Shown: one piece after another, positions 58,146 through 60,019 of the stretch | Layout: every line of letters begins with the position of its first letter | Numbering within the stretch: position 1 is the stretch's first letter | Notes under the pieces: generated by a model | The model's input: the letters and a program-made list of their open reading frames with translations, nothing else | Database searches by the model: none | Told to the model about the DNA's origin: nothing | Assembly: GCA_023334545.1 (NCBI GenBank) | Contig: JAADVB010000100.1 | Location: 1 to 60,019 of the forward strand | Direction: 5' to 3' | Length of the DNA stretch: 60,019 nucleotides | Source of the DNA: Salisapilia sapeloensis CBS 127946 | Lineage: Eukaryota; Protista; Oomycota | Made by a program: the position numbers and the translations under genes

Positions 58146-58897
58146 ATGTTTGGTGAGCAAGATCAAAGGAATGACAAGGCGGATCGTCAATGGATGAAAG
58201 AGGTATATAACTAGACAAATATCGATAGCTATATATATGTAAACCTGCATACCAACGACAACTTAGGCCTTAGCGAGTCGACAGCTCATTGCAGAGTTGC
58301 AAACAACTCAACAAAGTTTGCAGCATGAGCTTGCTGCCAAGGTAGTCTGTTATCTAGTTTCATTAAAATTGTTAATATGTAAACACACTTTTCGATGTAG
58401 AATAGCAAATTAACGATGTTGTATGAATGCTGCGGTGACCTCGGTATGCTAGACAAACTGGGAGACTTGATGCAGCGTAAGATTAGAGAGCAGCAAATGG
58501 CTCGATTTGGTTCACCTCAACAACAATCTGGCCCTTGCTCTCCGCGTACAATTTACAACAAAAGCAAGAAGAACATGTCAACTACAAATGACTGGAATGT
58601 GGATAATGGGATGAGTGAGACGGTAATATGTGGATCACCAACTTTTCAAAAAGGTGCTGGTTATGTAAGTAGTCACGAAGCACAGGTATACTTCACGTTG
58701 ATACTTCAGTCCATGGAAATTGTAAGATTACTTAGTGAGCAATGACCATTATCGATTAGAGAGAACGACAGAGTTACCATCGAAAGAATATGCTTGAAGC
58801 CGAGGAAGCCGCGAAAAGGATGCAATATGATATATTAGGAAAGCCGATTCAATCCGCACAGTCCATACAGGATTCTCATTCGAGCGCACCTAGGTAA
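58146..58897 (+). CDS. Multi-exon hypothetical coiled-coil protein; probable exons 58146-58202, 58267-58341, 58401-58664, 58760-58897 (ends uncertain)
   Basis: Three phase-0 GT-AG introns give a continuous frame: MFGEQDQ..MKE|ALASRQLIAELQ..LAAK|NSKLTMLYECC..GY|RERQSYHRK. Confidence 0.6.
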
Positions 58898-60019
58898 TCA
58901 CCACTATCTGAGCTCTATTAAGATGATACGGCATGTTTAAATGCTGTGCGGTTAGTGGAGCATCGGGGGATGTAATTGATCAACTGATTGGGTCACCTGC
59001 GAATGCGAATTCAGCTCGTTATAATGCTCGCTCACCATCGCATTTTTAACTATTATTATCGTTTGAATACATACCGATCTTCATCTTCGACGATCGCAAT
59101 GCTGGGGCAGCAGTTCTAGCACCGAATACCGCAAACCTCAGAGCGGTCTAGTATTCAAAGAGAAACAAGAGCGAGAATAATGCTAGTGATAAGAAGCTTT
59201 GATATAGGACGTGTGTTTATAATTGAATATTTCTTATCTTGTATATGCCGTGAGTTCATTCAAGTTTATTTGTGGTATAGTGTTAGGTTCGAGGAACTTA
59301 GTACTACGGAGGTGGGCCGCAGGAATATGACCTATGCTTGCACAGAAGGTCTACTAGTAAGTTCATGATGTTGGCGATAGGCCGATTTGGGTCACATATT
59401 CCTCTGCTTTTCCTGTGATTGCTAACCAGACAAAAACATCGAGTCTTCTCACTATTCAATTGAAGTATTCATCGGTGTCCAGATATTACACTTTTCATCA
59501 AATCTAGGAATATAACGAATATATTGCCCTCAATACGCCAAGACAGTGCTGTTAGTTGACATGAATATTGAACGAGTAAACCTAAAATCGCAAGTTTTGA
59601 GCTTTGGTTTTGGCTGTCAGATTACAATTCTTCACCGGCTTGTATTCGAGAAAAGAGACCAAAAGCAAATTGTATGAAGTCAGAACAGAGAGAAGACAAC
59701 AGTTTTTCATATAAAAGCGCACACTAGATTGTACTGAGCACACGAAGGATTACACGATTATGAGCTGCTTTGGGGTGGATGGAAACCTGACAAAATTGAT
59801 GTCCACGCCGTTTCAAGATCCGTTAAATTGCCGTAAAAAACTACAAATTGGCTCATTTCAAGGCAAATTACACTAAACTCATTGTCAACCCTTTCGAACA
59901 ATTTTGCATTATAAACTAACTAGTACCATACAGATTTAGAGTTAAGACCGTACTTGCACAGGATCTAATTCTATAGTACTCTCTATTCTACTTGGTTTTC
60001 CAATGTAGACGATCTTAAC

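Overview
Eukaryotic nuclear DNA, almost certainly from an oomycete (inference). The markers are an elicitin-like gene, a GH17-PAN/apple gene, a GIP-like dead trypsin, a 7TM-kinase-DEP fusion and a stramenopile-type Myb-like family. Compact housekeeping blocks, often with very short GT-AG introns (48-64 nt) and tight convergent gene pairs, alternate with AT-richer blocks carrying secreted-protein genes, tRNAs and decayed genes. The housekeeping genes are an ATP4-like P-type ATPase, 5-oxoprolinase, CAF1, SRP receptor beta, homoserine kinase, TOP1 and APEH. I reconstructed exon structures by hand from splice sites and frame continuity. The most unusual signal is a set of pseudogenes (PPR-like, trypsin, GIP-like) whose lesions are mostly TAA/TAG stops or apparent C:G->T:A changes, which could reflect a RIP-like mutator; this is inference and needs ortholog alignment. 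Other notable items: an ATP4-type Na+ pump, a coiled-coil protein with five spaced S(S/V)QT motifs, a GPCR-pseudokinase-DEP protein and a TFIIS-N-like/Cys-rich/ankyrin protein. No CRISPR array, rRNA or intact transposon was found.
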